From NCBI GenBank assembly GCA_965261975.1, contig CBDHEC010000047.1, positions 78,986-142,985 of the forward strand: a stretch of 64,000 nucleotides of DNA, written 5' to 3'. Shown here one piece after another: positions 28,506 to 39,527 of the stretch. Within the stretch, counting starts at the first letter, position 1, and every line of letters begins with the position of its first letter. Below the pieces are notes generated by a model. It did not search any database and was not told the DNA's origin. It worked only from the letters and a program-made list of their open reading frames with translations. A program made the translations under genes and the position numbers. This stretch comes from Alphaproteobacteria bacterium (GTDB taxonomy: Bacteria; Pseudomonadota; Alphaproteobacteria; UBA6615).

Positions 28506-30125
28506 TCACCGTGCGAATTCAAGCTCCAACCATTCGCTCCACGATTCCAGTGATGATGCCGGACGAACCCGAAACCGGACGCGCCCATAAGGAAGTACCC
28601 AAGTGTTCCAGTAGCCTTGGTCGACTGCACCAAAATCGTACCGCGTTCCGTCGACTTCGATTTGCCCTGAAAGCGCCAGCAGACCGGTTCCCGACTCATA
28701 CTCGAGCACATGGCGCGCTGCCGCATTGCCAGTCCAGCTCAAGTAAGCGGCGCCGGCGATATCATCGAAACCGATTTCTCCGCTCTGTTCGGGGTGCACC
28801 CAACCAGGAATTCCGTCTCTCACGTCCGAGCGTGATGGCGCTTGGGGATTTGAAGCCAGACGCATAGTGGCGATTTGGTCCTCGATGCGTCGAATAAGGG
28901 GTTCGAAGTTGCCTGTTGTTGCTTGACCCGACCTCTCTTCGTTCGGGTCCTCATTCAGGTTCCATTTCTCGACTTTCGTAACTTTCCCCTGATCGATTTG
29001 CATCTGAACTTTCAACCGTCCGTCTGACGCGGCGGCAACGAATCTTTTTACATCATCTGGCTCTGGTTCCGAAAAACCGGCGATGCTTGTCAGCGCGCTC
29101 CACAGGTAGTTTCGGTCGGAATCCCATAAACGCGGTTTGCCGCTGTTTGACGGTGCCTCCAGGCCCACAATGTCGACAATCGTCGGTGCGATCATCAGGT
29201 GGTCAGTTGGGGAGCTAATTCGACTCCCGGGAGGAACTGGCAGACGTCCCGGCGGCGCCCAAACGAACAAAGGGATTCGCACGATTTCCTCATGTAGGTG
29301 TCCGGCCCGCGTCGTCGACGCATGTCCGACCAATCCGCGTTCCAGCAGTTCTTCTCCGTGATCTGCCGTGACGACGAGCACGGTCGATTCCCGCAACCCG
29401 GAGGTCTCGAAGAATTCCCAGAACTCACCGAACCAGGTGTCGAAATCGCGAACGCCACGCATGTAGGCCGAGCGAACCCATTCCCGGTCAGACGGCCGAA
29501 AGACAACAGCGTTAGCCGCGATCGCGGGCAATGTGCGCACGCTATCCTGCCTGCGGGACAGCTCCGGATCGTCTGGCGGGGTCACGTTGTCGGCATCGCT
29601 CTTCCCAGGAGAATCGTAGGGCAGGTGCGTTTGAAGATAGTGATACCAGAGAAAAAACTTCTGCCGGTCGCGGTTCCGATCTTCGATCCAGGATTTGAGC
29701 TCAGCACCCGGATCGAACTCGATTCCGAGATTCTTGAACAGATCGATCAACATGAACGCCTGTAGACCTGTGACCTGCCATCCAAGCTGACGGGCTCTTT
29801 TCGTCGGTAAATCAAGATCCGCTGGTAGCGAATTACCGCGCGCATGCAGCCCCTGCTCGAAACTTGAGAGACCCGTCAAGACGGCGACCACATTGGGGCC
29901 TGTCCACCCCGAAATCGCACGGTGTTTTTCGAACACAACGCCCGAACGCGCTGCCTCGAACAGTTGTGGCATCAATTCGGGGGTCGCCGAGTCGGCGCGC
30001 CAACTGTCCACTGTCAGCACGATCACGTTGAGCGGACGAGGACGAAAGTTCTCGTAGAGCGTGAGCACCGACAGCAGCACCAGACAAACTGCTGCGAGGT
30101 TGATAGAAATTCGCTGACGTGACAT
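28506..30125 (-). CDS. Sulfatase-like hydrolase/transferase (alkaline phosphatase superfamily)
   Basis: NVIVLTVDSWRAD, WTGPN, HLPY, TADHGE, GH. Confidence 0.8.
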   Translation of the reverse strand: MSRQRISINLAAVCLVLLSVLTLYENFRPRPLNVIVLTVDSWRADSATPELMPQLFEAARSGVVFEKHRAISGWTGPNVVAVLTGLSSFEQGLHARGNSLPADLDLPTKRARQLGWQVTGLQAFMLIDLFKNLGIEFDPGAELKSWIEDRNRDRQKFFLWYHYLQTHLPYDSPGKSDADNVTPPDDPELSRRQDSVRTLPAIAANAVVFRPSDREWVRSAYMRGVRDFDTWFGEFWEFFETSGLRESTVLVVTADHGEELLERGLVGHASTTRAGHLHEEIVRIPLFVWAPPGRLPVPPGSRISSPTDHLMIAPTIVDIVGLEAPSNSGKPRLWDSDRNYLWSALTSIAGFSEPEPDDVKRFVAAASDGRLKVQMQIDQGKVTKVEKWNLNEDPNEERSGQATTGNFEPLIRRIEDQIATMRLASNPQAPSRSDVRDGIPGWVHPEQSGEIGFDDIAGAAYLSWTGNAAARHVLEYESGTGLLALSGQIEVDGTRYDFGAVDQGYWNTWVLPYGRVRFRVRPASSLESWSEWLELEFAR

Positions 30126-30216
30126 TGGCGGATTCCGAGCAGACTAACAGTTCGAGCATAGAGCTGTCAGGATATCAGCTCTTGATGACTGTCCGTCGCC
30201 GGCTCCTGAGTGCGGT

Positions 30217-30948
30217 CTATGGTCTGCTTAGCACTTTCGCGCCGATAATCGTTCCGAGATCAATCTTCTGAAGTAGGACGGCAATCCTATCCGATGAGGC
30301 CTCGAATCCTTCAATCGGGACTGTCAGCACGAGCGCGCGACCCTCATAGAGCCCGACGGCATGCAGGTCGCGTACGACGTTGGTGTTCTTCAGTTCGAGA
30401 CCTGCGTTATCGCCCTCGCTCACATATGTTTTCAGCGAAGGCGTATACTGGACGATCAGCACGACATACTTCGCAGAGACCTCGGCGGGCCCGATCTCGA
30501 TTCGGGCCGCATTGCGCTCAACCAGCCGGACCGCGAGTGCAGGCCGCTTGGGGCCTTCCTCCTCCTTGGCCGAAAGGATCTCTTCCAACAGTCCGACGCC
30601 TGAACCGGCCAGTTGCAATTGGCCGTTGATGACGAATTGTGGCGTGGCGACAAAAGGTACGCTGAACCGCGTGTTGTAGATGCGTTGCCGAATGGTGAAA
30701 GCCTCTTTGGCAAAAGGATCTTTCCACCCGGTGAAGTCCCAGTAGTTCACGTGGAATGCCAGGGGCAGCACGTCGTCGCGATCCGAAAGTTCTTCGATCA
30801 GCGCCTCGGCCGGCCGGCAAGCCGGACATGCCTGAGATGTGAACAGTTCGACAACGGTGTTTTGTGCAGATGCCGTCGCGTCGAACAGTGCGACCTGCAC
30901 AATGCCGAGCAATAGTCCTGATAAGAGGCCTTTCTTACCCATTCGCAA
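30217..30948 (-). CDS. DUF1223 thioredoxin-like exported protein
   Basis: VVELFTSQACPACRPA, AFHVNYWD..GWKDPF, TPQ, GDNAG..NVVR. Confidence 0.85.
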   Translation of the reverse strand: MRMGKKGLLSGLLLGIVQVALFDATASAQNTVVELFTSQACPACRPAEALIEELSDRDDVLPLAFHVNYWDFTGWKDPFAKEAFTIRQRIYNTRFSVPFVATPQFVINGQLQLAGSGVGLLEEILSAKEEEGPKRPALAVRLVERNAARIEIGPAEVSAKYVVLIVQYTPSLKTYVSEGDNAGLELKNTNVVRDLHAVGLYEGRALVLTVPIEGFEASSDRIAVLLQKIDLGTIIGAKVLSRP

Positions 30949-31117
30949 ATCCTGACCGCTGGGCCCGATTGAGGCCAGTCACGACCCGGTGAGTTCGGAT
31001 ACCGTGCGTAACCCCGTCGGTGCGTCATTGATATTCCGATGTTCATGCGATCGGTGGATTGGACGCGACAACCGCTGCCCATCACAGAAGTTTGACGATG
31101 AAGCATGCAGAAACTGA

Positions 31118-31148
31118 TTGAGCCTCCAGTTACTGAAGGTTTTACGGT
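31118..31148 (+). promoter_or_regulatory. MerR-type promoter TTGAGC-19bp-TACGGT with CTCCAGTTACTGAAG dyad
   Basis: Same dyad as 26678-26708. Confidence 0.75.
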
Positions 31149-31191
31149 TTCCTGACGTGAGGAGTTGTTCTGCAGCCGAGGAGGTTCAGGA

Positions 31192-31764
31192 ATGATACCG
31201 ATATCCATCAGACTGCTGTTGGGTGCTTTGCTGGTCTTTGTCGGCGCCTCGACGGCTTTCGCCGACGAAGATCCGCCTGTCTCGGGTTCCGTGCAAAACT
31301 TCGTCGTCTTCGACAAACCCATTCCGGCTTCCCAGATATCACTGAGCGCGAAAGCAGGCGGCGAACAGACTCTCGGCGACTACCGCGGCAAGGTCGTCGT
31401 CCTCAATTTCTGGGCGACCTGGTGCGGACCGTGCGTGCGCGAAATGCCGACCCTAGCGCGGCTGCAGGAGAAGTTCGCCGGCGACGATTTCGCGATGGTT
31501 ATCGTCAGCCAGGATCGCGGCGGGTGGAAGGATATCGACCGCTTTATGGCCCGGCTGAAACTGGATTTTCCGAACAGCCTCCTGGATGACCGCCTCAAGA
31601 TGAGCCGGGAAATGCAGGTGCAAAGCCTGCCGGTTGTCGCGATCCTCGATCGGCAAGGCAACGAGGTCGGTCGAGTTGTCGGTGGCGCTGAATGGGATAC
31701 GCCGGAGGCCTTTGCGTTGGTCGAATACTACCTGAACCGCGACGACCGCAACGGTGGCAGCTGA
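31192..31764 (+). CDS. TlpA family disulfide reductase
   Basis: LNFWATWCGPCVREMP. Confidence 0.9.
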   Translation: MIPISIRLLLGALLVFVGASTAFADEDPPVSGSVQNFVVFDKPIPASQISLSAKAGGEQTLGDYRGKVVVLNFWATWCGPCVREMPTLARLQEKFAGDDFAMVIVSQDRGGWKDIDRFMARLKLDFPNSLLDDRLKMSREMQVQSLPVVAILDRQGNEVGRVVGGAEWDTPEAFALVEYYLNRDDRNGGS

Positions 31765-31770
31765 CGCAAG

Positions 31771-34020
31771 ATGAGTCGTATTGGACATACTTCAATGCGA
31801 ACCCTTGCCTCGCGATTTTTTTGCACGCTCGTAGTAAGCTTGGCCATCCAGACCCTGTCGCCAGATGGTGTTGTTGCACAGACAACCACCGCGGCGAGTG
31901 ACTGGGTCGGCGAACTCGACAAACTGCCGGCGCGCGCGCGGATGGTCGCCGCGACCACCGGCGTCGGTCAATTGGACCGGATTCCGGTCGGCATCGAGAT
32001 CGAGCTGAAACCGGGGTTCAAGACATACTGGCGCACACCCGGCGGTCCCGGCTTCCCTACAGTGGTCGACTGGACGGGCAGCGCCAATCTCGCCGAAGCC
32101 GAGTTCAAATGGCCCGGACCGACCCGCTTCGATGTGCTTGGCTTCGACAGTCTCGGTTATAAGAAGCACGTCGTATTTCCTATCTTCGTGCGCCCCAGCG
32201 ACATCGGGCAGGAATTGAGGTTGCGCGCCAACGTTCGCTACCTTGCCTGCGACGATATATGCGTGCCGATGGAAGCGAATCTGGCGCTCGACCTGCCGGG
32301 TGGAGCGGCGGAACCTTCTCCGCATGTCAATCTGATTGACCAGTATCGCGCCCGCGTGCCGGCAACCGATGGATCACTGGTCGGGCTCGAACTTCAGGCG
32401 TCGTCGCTGCGGGGCTCGGCGGAGGCGCCGGTCATCCAGGTCGCGTTCAACGCAGATCAACCATTCGAGTCTCCGGACCTGTTTATCGAGGGACCGGAAA
32501 GCGTCATCTTCGGTCGGCCCGCACTGCGGCGCAACGCAACGACCGCCGTGTTCAGCGTGCCGGCAGAGGACGAGTTGGGCGACGGCCCGGTCAAGGTTGC
32601 TGGAAAACCGATCCGGGTAACCTTGGTGGATCGCGGTCGGGCGTTCGAGGCGAATATCACGCTCGATCCTGGCGGGCCCGATCTGGTGCTGTCCAACGCG
32701 CTCGGCGGCTCCGGTTCGGGCATTGTCAATTTGACACCGGGTCCGGCCTCGGGCGGGGACATTGTCGGTTCGGGCCTGTCGTTGTTGGCCATCCTGGGCT
32801 TTGCGCTATTGGGCGGCCTGATCCTCAACATCTTCCCCTGCGTGCTGCCGGTATTGTCGATCAAGCTGCTGTCCGTGGTAGGGCATGGCGGCGGCAACCC
32901 GAAGGAGGTCCGACGGGGCTTCTTGGCGACAGTGGCCGGTGTTATCGCCGCTTTCCTGGCGCTCGCCACCGTCGTGGTCGGACTCAAGGCAGCGGGTCAG
33001 ACGGTTGGGTGGGGCATCCAGTTCCAGCAGCCGCTGTTCCTGGTCGCCATGGTGCTGATCCTGACCCTGTTCGCCGGCAATATGTGGGGACTGTTCGAGG
33101 TCCGCTTGCCGGGTCGCTTGTCCGACGCCGCGGTGCGTCATTCGGGCGGCAGCGGTCTCAAGGGCCATTTTTTCTCCGGTGGTTTTACCACCTTGCTGGC
33201 GACACCCTGCACCGCGCCGTTCCTCACCACCGCAATCGGCTTTGCGTTAACCCGTGGTACCGGCGAGGTGTACGCCGTGTTCACCGCGCTGGGGGTCGGG
33301 CTGGCGACACCGTTTATTCTCGTCGCGGCATTTCCCAGGGTGGTCACAAAACTGCCGAAGCCGGGGCCGTGGATGATTACCGTCAAGAAGGTGCTCTCCC
33401 TCGCGCTGGTGGCGACCGCGGTATGGCTGCTGTGGGTCATGTCCGCGCAGGTCTCCACCCTGGCCGCGCTGGTCGTGGCCGGATTGATGGCCGCCGCCTT
33501 GCTCACAATCGCATTGCGCCGGCTGGTTCCGGCGGAGGCCGTCATCGCGGTGCCGGCGTTGGTCGTCGTGTTGGCCGTGGTTGCGTTTGCCGCCCCCCAG
33601 CTGCTGCCGCGCGCAGAAGTGGGAACCGCCAGTGATGATCAACGTACCGTCTTTTCCTACAAAGCTTTCGACCGGACTGCGATCCCGCAACTTGTGGCGG
33701 CCGGAAAGGTGGTGCTGGTTCACGTTACCGCAGACTGGTGCATCACCTGCAAGGTCAACGAGAAGCGGGTATTGGAGGCCGGCGAGGTCGCCGCGGCTCT
33801 GGCCAGGGATGAAGTAGTGGTGATGAAGGCGGACTGGACCCGGCCGGACGACGAAATCGCCACCTATCTGGCGAGCTTCGACCGCTTTGGTATTCCGTTC
33901 GACGTCGTCTATGGGTTGGACACACCGGCGGGCACGACCCTGCCGGAATTCCTTACATCGAATACCGTCTTGACCGCACTGCGGTCGGCCAGCCCGACGC
34001 TGCGCGTGGCCCTCAACTGA
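31771..34020 (+). CDS. DsbD/ScsB-type protein-disulfide reductase
   Basis: KTYWRTPG, ACDDICVP, LNIFPCVLPV, LATPCTAPF, ADWCITCK. Confidence 0.9.
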   Translation: MSRIGHTSMRTLASRFFCTLVVSLAIQTLSPDGVVAQTTTAASDWVGELDKLPARARMVAATTGVGQLDRIPVGIEIELKPGFKTYWRTPGGPGFPTVVDWTGSANLAEAEFKWPGPTRFDVLGFDSLGYKKHVVFPIFVRPSDIGQELRLRANVRYLACDDICVPMEANLALDLPGGAAEPSPHVNLIDQYRARVPATDGSLVGLELQASSLRGSAEAPVIQVAFNADQPFESPDLFIEGPESVIFGRPALRRNATTAVFSVPAEDELGDGPVKVAGKPIRVTLVDRGRAFEANITLDPGGPDLVLSNALGGSGSGIVNLTPGPASGGDIVGSGLSLLAILGFALLGGLILNIFPCVLPVLSIKLLSVVGHGGGNPKEVRRGFLATVAGVIAAFLALATVVVGLKAAGQTVGWGIQFQQPLFLVAMVLILTLFAGNMWGLFEVRLPGRLSDAAVRHSGGSGLKGHFFSGGFTTLLATPCTAPFLTTAIGFALTRGTGEVYAVFTALGVGLATPFILVAAFPRVVTKLPKPGPWMITVKKVLSLALVATAVWLLWVMSAQVSTLAALVVAGLMAAALLTIALRRLVPAEAVIAVPALVVVLAVVAFAAPQLLPRAEVGTASDDQRTVFSYKAFDRTAIPQLVAAGKVVLVHVTADWCITCKVNEKRVLEAGEVAAALARDEVVVMKADWTRPDDEIATYLASFDRFGIPFDVVYGLDTPAGTTLPEFLTSNTVLTALRSASPTLRVALN

Positions 34021-34038
34021 TATCGCAAGGAACTGGAC

Positions 34039-34578
34039 GTGAAACGGCTTTTGTATTTTTTGCCAGTCGCGGTTTTTGCCGGGGTGGCTGTGTCGTTCCT
34101 GTGGGGAGTGGACCGCGGAGCTTCTGTCTTGCCGTCGGCGCTCATCGATCAACCAGCGCCGCAGTTTGTCCTGCCGCCGGTTGAGGACGTCGACCGGCCC
34201 GGTTTCAGCACAGCGGACCTGAAAGGACAGGTGGTGTTGGTCAATTTTTTCGCGTCCTGGTGCGTACCGTGCCTGGCCGAGCACCCGCTGATCACCCGGC
34301 TGGCCGACCAAGGGCTGCCGGTATACGGCATAAACTATAAAAACGAGCCAGCAGAGGCGTCAGCGTGGCTGGCGAAGTACGGCAACCCATATACGTTAAT
34401 CGGTTCGGACTTCGACGGACGCATCGGCGTCGAGTTCGGTGTCACCGGGATGCCGGAAAGCTTCGTGATCGATCGTAATGGCGTGATCCGCTACAAGCAG
34501 GTCGGTGCCATTGCATCGGACGATCTTAAGAGAACGATTTTACCGATCATTGCACGTCTCGAACGGGCGGCCGATTGA
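34039..34578 (+). CDS. DsbE/CcmG thiol:disulfide interchange protein
   Basis: LPSALID, FASWCVPCLAEHP, GINYK, GVTGMPESF. Confidence 0.9.
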   Translation: MKRLLYFLPVAVFAGVAVSFLWGVDRGASVLPSALIDQPAPQFVLPPVEDVDRPGFSTADLKGQVVLVNFFASWCVPCLAEHPLITRLADQGLPVYGINYKNEPAEASAWLAKYGNPYTLIGSDFDGRIGVEFGVTGMPESFVIDRNGVIRYKQVGAIASDDLKRTILPIIARLERAAD

Positions 34579-34878
34579 TCTTGCTCCGCTCATTTGTCTC
34601 ACAAGTTTTCGGCTGCGGTCACGGATCATCAGGAACGTTACCACTTGCCTCATTGGCGCGAGGACCATCGTCGCGACAAATTTCTGCGCGTCGCGGTGCC
34701 GACGGCTTCGCCTTCCTGTGTCTTTACTGCGGACAAGCTGGCTTCCGCTCGTTCCCAACTATCAAGACTCAACCTAGTAGGCTTTAAACGGCTTTCCGTT
34801 CCTCAATTCTGCCCAATGATGTCGCCTTGGCGATTTTCGAGAAGAATCGAAGTTCTCGGCTGTCTTCAATTACTCCCC

Positions 34879-34909
34879 TTGACCTTCCGGCCGCTGGAAG
34901 GATTACCTT
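34879..34909 (+). promoter_or_regulatory. CueR promoter TTGACC-19bp-TACCTT with CCTTCC-N7-GGAAGG
   Basis: Canonical CueR dyad and spacing. Confidence 0.85.
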
Positions 34910-34953
34910 CTGCTCGTCGGTGGACATGACCGGCAAAACACGGGGTCAGTAAA

Positions 34954-35352
34954 TTGAACATCAGCGAAGCGGCCGAACGAGCAGGTTTGCCACCCAAAAC
35001 GATCCGATACTACGAGGATATTGGTCTTGTTGAACCGGCACGCCGGCGAGACAACGGCTATCGCGACTACGCAGATCGCGACGTCCATATGCTGCGTTTC
35101 TTGTCCCGCGCACGGAGTTTGGGTTTCTCCGTAGCAGATTGCCGGTCTCTGGTGGAGCTGTATGGCGACACCAACCGCAAGAGCGCGGATGTGAAAGAAC
35201 TCGCCTTCAAGCGTGTAAGGGATATAGACGCCAAGGTTTCAGAGTTGCAGGCGATGCGTGCAACACTTGTGAAACTCGCCGAAAATTGCCACGGCGACGA
35301 TCGACCCGACTGCCCGATTATCGATGACCTGTCCGACAGCGGGGGCCTTTGA
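34954..35352 (+). CDS. cueR: Cu(I)-responsive regulator CueR
   Basis: [29 protein letters not shown]. Confidence 0.92.
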   Translation: MNISEAAERAGLPPKTIRYYEDIGLVEPARRRDNGYRDYADRDVHMLRFLSRARSLGFSVADCRSLVELYGDTNRKSADVKELAFKRVRDIDAKVSELQAMRATLVKLAENCHGDDRPDCPIIDDLSDSGGL

Positions 35353-35353
35353 T

Positions 35354-37675
35354 ATGAGCGCTGAAGTTACTTTGGATGCTCGGGTGCAGGACCCCGTCTG
35401 TGGCATGGACGTCGACCCCACGAACACGGCGCACTATCTCGAGCACGTGGGCGAGACCTACTATTTTTGCTCTGCCGGGTGTGCTGCAAAGTTCGTCGGT
35501 GATCCCGAGCATTATCTGCTCCCGCCGGACGAACGGCCCGCGCCGATCGTCGCTCCGGGTACGCAATATACCTGTCCTATGCATCCCGAGATCATTCGCG
35601 ATGAGCCCGGTAGTTGTCCGATCTGTGGCATGGCGTTGGAGCCGATGGGCGTTTCGCTAGATGACGGCCCCAACCCGGAGCTCGCAGATTTCACACGGCG
35701 CTTCCGGTTTGGCGCTGTCCTGACTGTCCCGCTGCTCGGGATCGTGATGGGCGACTTGCTGCCTGGTGTCCATTTTGCCGAGTGGATTGGCTCCCCCTGG
35801 TATGGCGCGTTGCAGTTTGTGCTCGGTACGCCGGTGATTCTCTGGTCGGGGAAACCCTTCTTCGAACGCGGCTGGGCATCGGTCGTCACGCGTAACCTGA
35901 ATATGTTCACGCTTATCGCATTGGGAACCGGCGCGGCGTTCATATATTCGACTGTTGCTGCATTCGTACCGGGAATTTTCCCCGACGATTTCCGTGGACC
36001 CTCCGGTGGTGTCGAAATGTACTTCGAAGCTGCGGCGGTCATCATTGTGCTGGTCCTTCTGGGGCAGGTGATGGAGTTGCGGGCGCGCGAACAGACCAGT
36101 GGCGCGTTGCGCGCGCTCCTCGATCTGGCGCCGAAAACCGCGCGCCGGATACGCGATGACGGATCGGACGAGGAAGTGTCTCTCGATGCGATTGTGCCGG
36201 ACGACAGGCTGCGAGTGCGTCCGGGCGAGAAAGTTCCCGTTGACGGGACTGTGGTCGAAGGTCGTAGCTCCATCGACGAATCGATGGTGACGGGCGAATC
36301 CATCCCGGTCGAAAAAGCGCCCGACGATACGGTGATCGGGGCCACCCTGAACGGCACCGGTGGACTGGTAATCCGCGCCGATCGCGTCGGCGCCGATACC
36401 ATGCTGTCGCGGATCGTGCAGATGGTTGCGGAAGCCCAGCGATCCCGTGCCCCGATCCAGCGACTGGCGGATGCCGTCGCCGGGTATTTCGTTCCAGTGG
36501 TCGTGGTGATCGCCATTGTCGCCTTTATCGTCTGGGCGATCTGGGGGCCGCCGCCGGCCATGGCGTTTGCGCTCATCTCGGCGGTGTCCGTTCTGATCAT
36601 CGCCTGTCCGTGCGCCCTCGGCCTCGCCACCCCCATGTCGATCATGGTCGGGACCGGGCGCGGCGCCCAGGCCGGGGTCTTGATCAAGAACGCCGAGGCG
36701 CTCGAGAAGTTCGAAAAGGTGGACACGCTGGTGGTCGACAAGACCGGCACGCTGACGGAAGGCAAGCCGCGGCTAACGTCCATTGAAACCGCTTCCGGCA
36801 CGGCAAATGACGATCTTCTGCTTCTGGCTGCCAGCCTGGAACGCGGCAGTGAACATCCGCTTGCCGCTGCCATTGTTGATGCGGCACTTGATGCGGATCT
36901 CGATCTCGTGGAACCCACAAGGTTCGAGGCAGTGACTGGTAAGGGTGTTGCGGGCGAGGTCGATGGTCAGAAAGTCCTCCTGGGGAATGCCAGGATGCTC
37001 GAACATGCAGGGATTGACCCGGGCAACTGGACCGACCACGCAGACGAGCTTCGCCGGGAGGGTGAGACAGTCATGCTGGTCGCGGTCGACGGCGCGATTG
37101 CCGGCATCATCGGTGTCGCGGACCCGGTCAAGCAATCAACTCCCGAGGCCCTGCGTTTGTTGCGCGAGGAAGGTATTCGCGTGGTCATGCTCACCGGTGA
37201 CAATCGGACGACCGCAGAGGCCGTGGCACGCCGCCTCGGAATCGAAGATGTCGAAGCAGACGTTCTGCCCGAGGAAAAGGCGGCGGTCGTAAAGAAATAC
37301 CAGTCCGAAGGCCGGATCGTGGCCATGGCGGGTGACGGCGTGAACGACGCGCCGGCGCTCGCGAGCGCGGATGTGGGCATCGCCATGGGCACGGGGACGG
37401 ATGTGGCGATCGAAAGTGCGGGCATCACGCTGATCAAGGGTGACCTGATGGGTGCCGTGCGGGCACGGCGCCTGTCGCGCGCAACCATGCGAAACATCCG
37501 CCAGAACCTGTTCTTTGCGTTCTTCTATAACGCGCTTGGTGTGCCGATCGCGGCCGGTGTGCTGTTCCCGTTCCTGGGCATTCTGCTTAGCCCGATGTTC
37601 GCGGCTGCGGCGATGAGCCTGAGTTCGGTATCTGTGGTCGGGAACGCGTTGCGGTTGAAGAAGGTTCGGGTGTGA
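35354..37675 (+). CDS. copA: Cu(I)-transporting P1B-1 ATPase with YHS and CPMH domains
   Basis: DPVCGM..YFCS..C, YTCPMHP, CPC, DKTGT, YN, MSLSS. Confidence 0.93.
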   Translation: MSAEVTLDARVQDPVCGMDVDPTNTAHYLEHVGETYYFCSAGCAAKFVGDPEHYLLPPDERPAPIVAPGTQYTCPMHPEIIRDEPGSCPICGMALEPMGVSLDDGPNPELADFTRRFRFGAVLTVPLLGIVMGDLLPGVHFAEWIGSPWYGALQFVLGTPVILWSGKPFFERGWASVVTRNLNMFTLIALGTGAAFIYSTVAAFVPGIFPDDFRGPSGGVEMYFEAAAVIIVLVLLGQVMELRAREQTSGALRALLDLAPKTARRIRDDGSDEEVSLDAIVPDDRLRVRPGEKVPVDGTVVEGRSSIDESMVTGESIPVEKAPDDTVIGATLNGTGGLVIRADRVGADTMLSRIVQMVAEAQRSRAPIQRLADAVAGYFVPVVVVIAIVAFIVWAIWGPPPAMAFALISAVSVLIIACPCALGLATPMSIMVGTGRGAQAGVLIKNAEALEKFEKVDTLVVDKTGTLTEGKPRLTSIETASGTANDDLLLLAASLERGSEHPLAAAIVDAALDADLDLVEPTRFEAVTGKGVAGEVDGQKVLLGNARMLEHAGIDPGNWTDHADELRREGETVMLVAVDGAIAGIIGVADPVKQSTPEALRLLREEGIRVVMLTGDNRTTAEAVARRLGIEDVEADVLPEEKAAVVKKYQSEGRIVAMAGDGVNDAPALASADVGIAMGTGTDVAIESAGITLIKGDLMGAVRARRLSRATMRNIRQNLFFAFFYNALGVPIAAGVLFPFLGILLSPMFAAAAMSLSSVSVVGNALRLKKVRV

Positions 37676-37810
37676 CAAGTGAGAGAGTTCGATGCGCATG
37701 ACCAATCTCGAGTGTGCGGGGAAACGGGCGCTTTGTATGGCGCAAGGGCTCTTTGGTTTCACCCGCTGAGAATGCGCATCTGCCAGTTCGCCAAACCCAG
37801 GAGGACTTAC

Positions 37811-38158
37811 GTGCGACAAACTTTAGGGATGTTACTGACAGTCATGTGGATCGTGATCGAACCGGCAACGGCGGCGGCCATTGGGTATGGCGATAACTTT
37901 ATGGGTTGGGGCTCCAGCTTCGGTCTTGGCCACATGTTCTTTGGTGGCGCGATGATGATTGCGTTCTGGGGCGCGATTGTCCTGCTGTTCGTGGTGATTC
38001 ACAGGTTCTCAGGATCACGAACAGAGCAACTCCATAGTGCGTCCAAGCAGAGTCTCTCTTTGAGCGTTCTGAATGAACGATATGCCCGTGGTGATATCGA
38101 TCACGACGAGTTCGAAAAACGACGGCAATCGCTGCGGCAGTCGAATGGGTCGGTTTGA
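37811..38158 (+). CDS. SHOCT domain membrane protein
   Basis: MGWG..GHMFFGG, LNERYARGDIDHDEFE; GAGGA RBS before GTG 37811. Confidence 0.75.
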   Translation: MRQTLGMLLTVMWIVIEPATAAAIGYGDNFMGWGSSFGLGHMFFGGAMMIAFWGAIVLLFVVIHRFSGSRTEQLHSASKQSLSLSVLNERYARGDIDHDEFEKRRQSLRQSNGSV

Positions 38159-38248
38159 GGCGGGGGGACTGAATACGGCTGTTCGTTGGCGTGTTGAGTC
38201 GGCGGCGCCGCATCGATGGGAACAATCTTAACCGAAGACAGGAACCAG

Positions 38249-38632
38249 ATGATGAAAACGATACTCAGTGTACTTGCAGTTTCCGCATTTCTTGCGTCAC
38301 CGGCTCTAGCCCACAGCGCCAATGACGCTCAAGGTGCGAGCCCAAGATTCGCTCAGATGGACCGGATGATGGATCGTGCGGATGAAACAACCGATCCCCG
38401 CGAACGCCGTGAATTCGTGGAGGAACACCTGAAACTCATGAGTTCGCAGATGGCCATGATGCACGAGATGATGGGCGGTCATCGCGACGGAACGCCGGAT
38501 TCTCCGCGCATGGGTCCGGACTCGATGCAAGACCGGGCGGGCCGCATGGAAGACCGCATGGATATGATGCAACAGATGATGGAGCACATGTTCTCGCAGC
38601 AGGAAATGATGATGCGTGACGAAAGTCGGTAG
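38249..38632 (+). CDS. Met-rich periplasmic protein (putative Cu/Ag binder)
   Basis: Signal peptide; 21 Met in about 106 mature residues. Confidence 0.75.
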   Translation: MMKTILSVLAVSAFLASPALAHSANDAQGASPRFAQMDRMMDRADETTDPRERREFVEEHLKLMSSQMAMMHEMMGGHRDGTPDSPRMGPDSMQDRAGRMEDRMDMMQQMMEHMFSQQEMMMRDESR

Positions 38633-38716
38633 GATCACGACGTCATCCCCATTCGCTCGGGCAGGTCTGTTATGCGCGTGCGCACGACAGTCCGGTCCGA
38701 GCATTGGCTGGCCATT

Positions 38717-39478
38717 ATGAATGTCCGGGGAACCTACACCCTGTGCCGCCGCGAGACCCTGCGCTTCAAATCAGTCTGGCTGCAGACGATTCTGGGGCCG
38801 GTGATCAGCGTTCTGCTCTTCGTCATCGTGTTCGCCGCGGCGTTGGGGCGCGGCGATATCGTCATAAACGGCACGTCCTATGTCGCGTTCATCGTGCCCG
38901 GGCTGGTCCTGATGGCGATGCTCCAGAATGCATATGCGAACACGTCGTCGTCACTGCTGATTGCAAAGGTCAGCGGTACCATCGTCGATGTTCTGATGGC
39001 CCCGCTCGCACCCTTTGAGCTTGTGATCGGTTATGCCGCAGCAGCCGTTTTCCGGGCCTTCATTATCGCGGTCTTGTTGGTTTTGGCGGTGTCCCCATTT
39101 GTGGATCTTGCCGTTCGCAGTTGGCCGTTGTTGATCGCGGTCGGGCTTCTCGCCAGCACCGCATTCGCTGTCCTGGGGATTCTCAACGGTATCGTCGCCA
39201 CTCGCATGGAGCATGTGGCGGGCGCGTCGACCATTCTTATTGCACCGCTGACGATGCTAGCTGGCACCTTCTATTCGGTGTCGTCCCTGGCCGAACCCTT
39301 TCGGTCCATCAGTTACTTGAACCCGGTTTTCTTCCTCGTGGATTCCTTTCGGTCCGCCTTCACGGGTGTGTCGGAGGCCGCCCCGGTGCTCACGCTGCTC
39401 GGCCTGGTCGCGGTGAACATCATGCTGACGTGGGTCACGATTCTCATTTTAAGAAGCGGTTATCGCCTCAAGGGTTGA
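38717..39478 (+). CDS. ABC-2 type transporter permease (YadH-like)
   Basis: RETLRF..VWLQT, FIVPGL, NAYANTSSS, NPVFFLVD. Confidence 0.85.
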   Translation: MNVRGTYTLCRRETLRFKSVWLQTILGPVISVLLFVIVFAAALGRGDIVINGTSYVAFIVPGLVLMAMLQNAYANTSSSLLIAKVSGTIVDVLMAPLAPFELVIGYAAAAVFRAFIIAVLLVLAVSPFVDLAVRSWPLLIAVGLLASTAFAVLGILNGIVATRMEHVAGASTILIAPLTMLAGTFYSVSSLAEPFRSISYLNPVFFLVDSFRSAFTGVSEAAPVLTLLGLVAVNIMLTWVTILILRSGYRLKG

Positions 39479-39527
39479 AAGGAACTGTTTCCGGAGGCCG
39501 AATTTGCACTCAAACAGGAGATGAAGA

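Noticed and set aside
34579-34870. Short ORFs between dsbE and cueR
   Set aside because: No recognisable motifs (no ccmH-like LRCxxC); probably junction debris.
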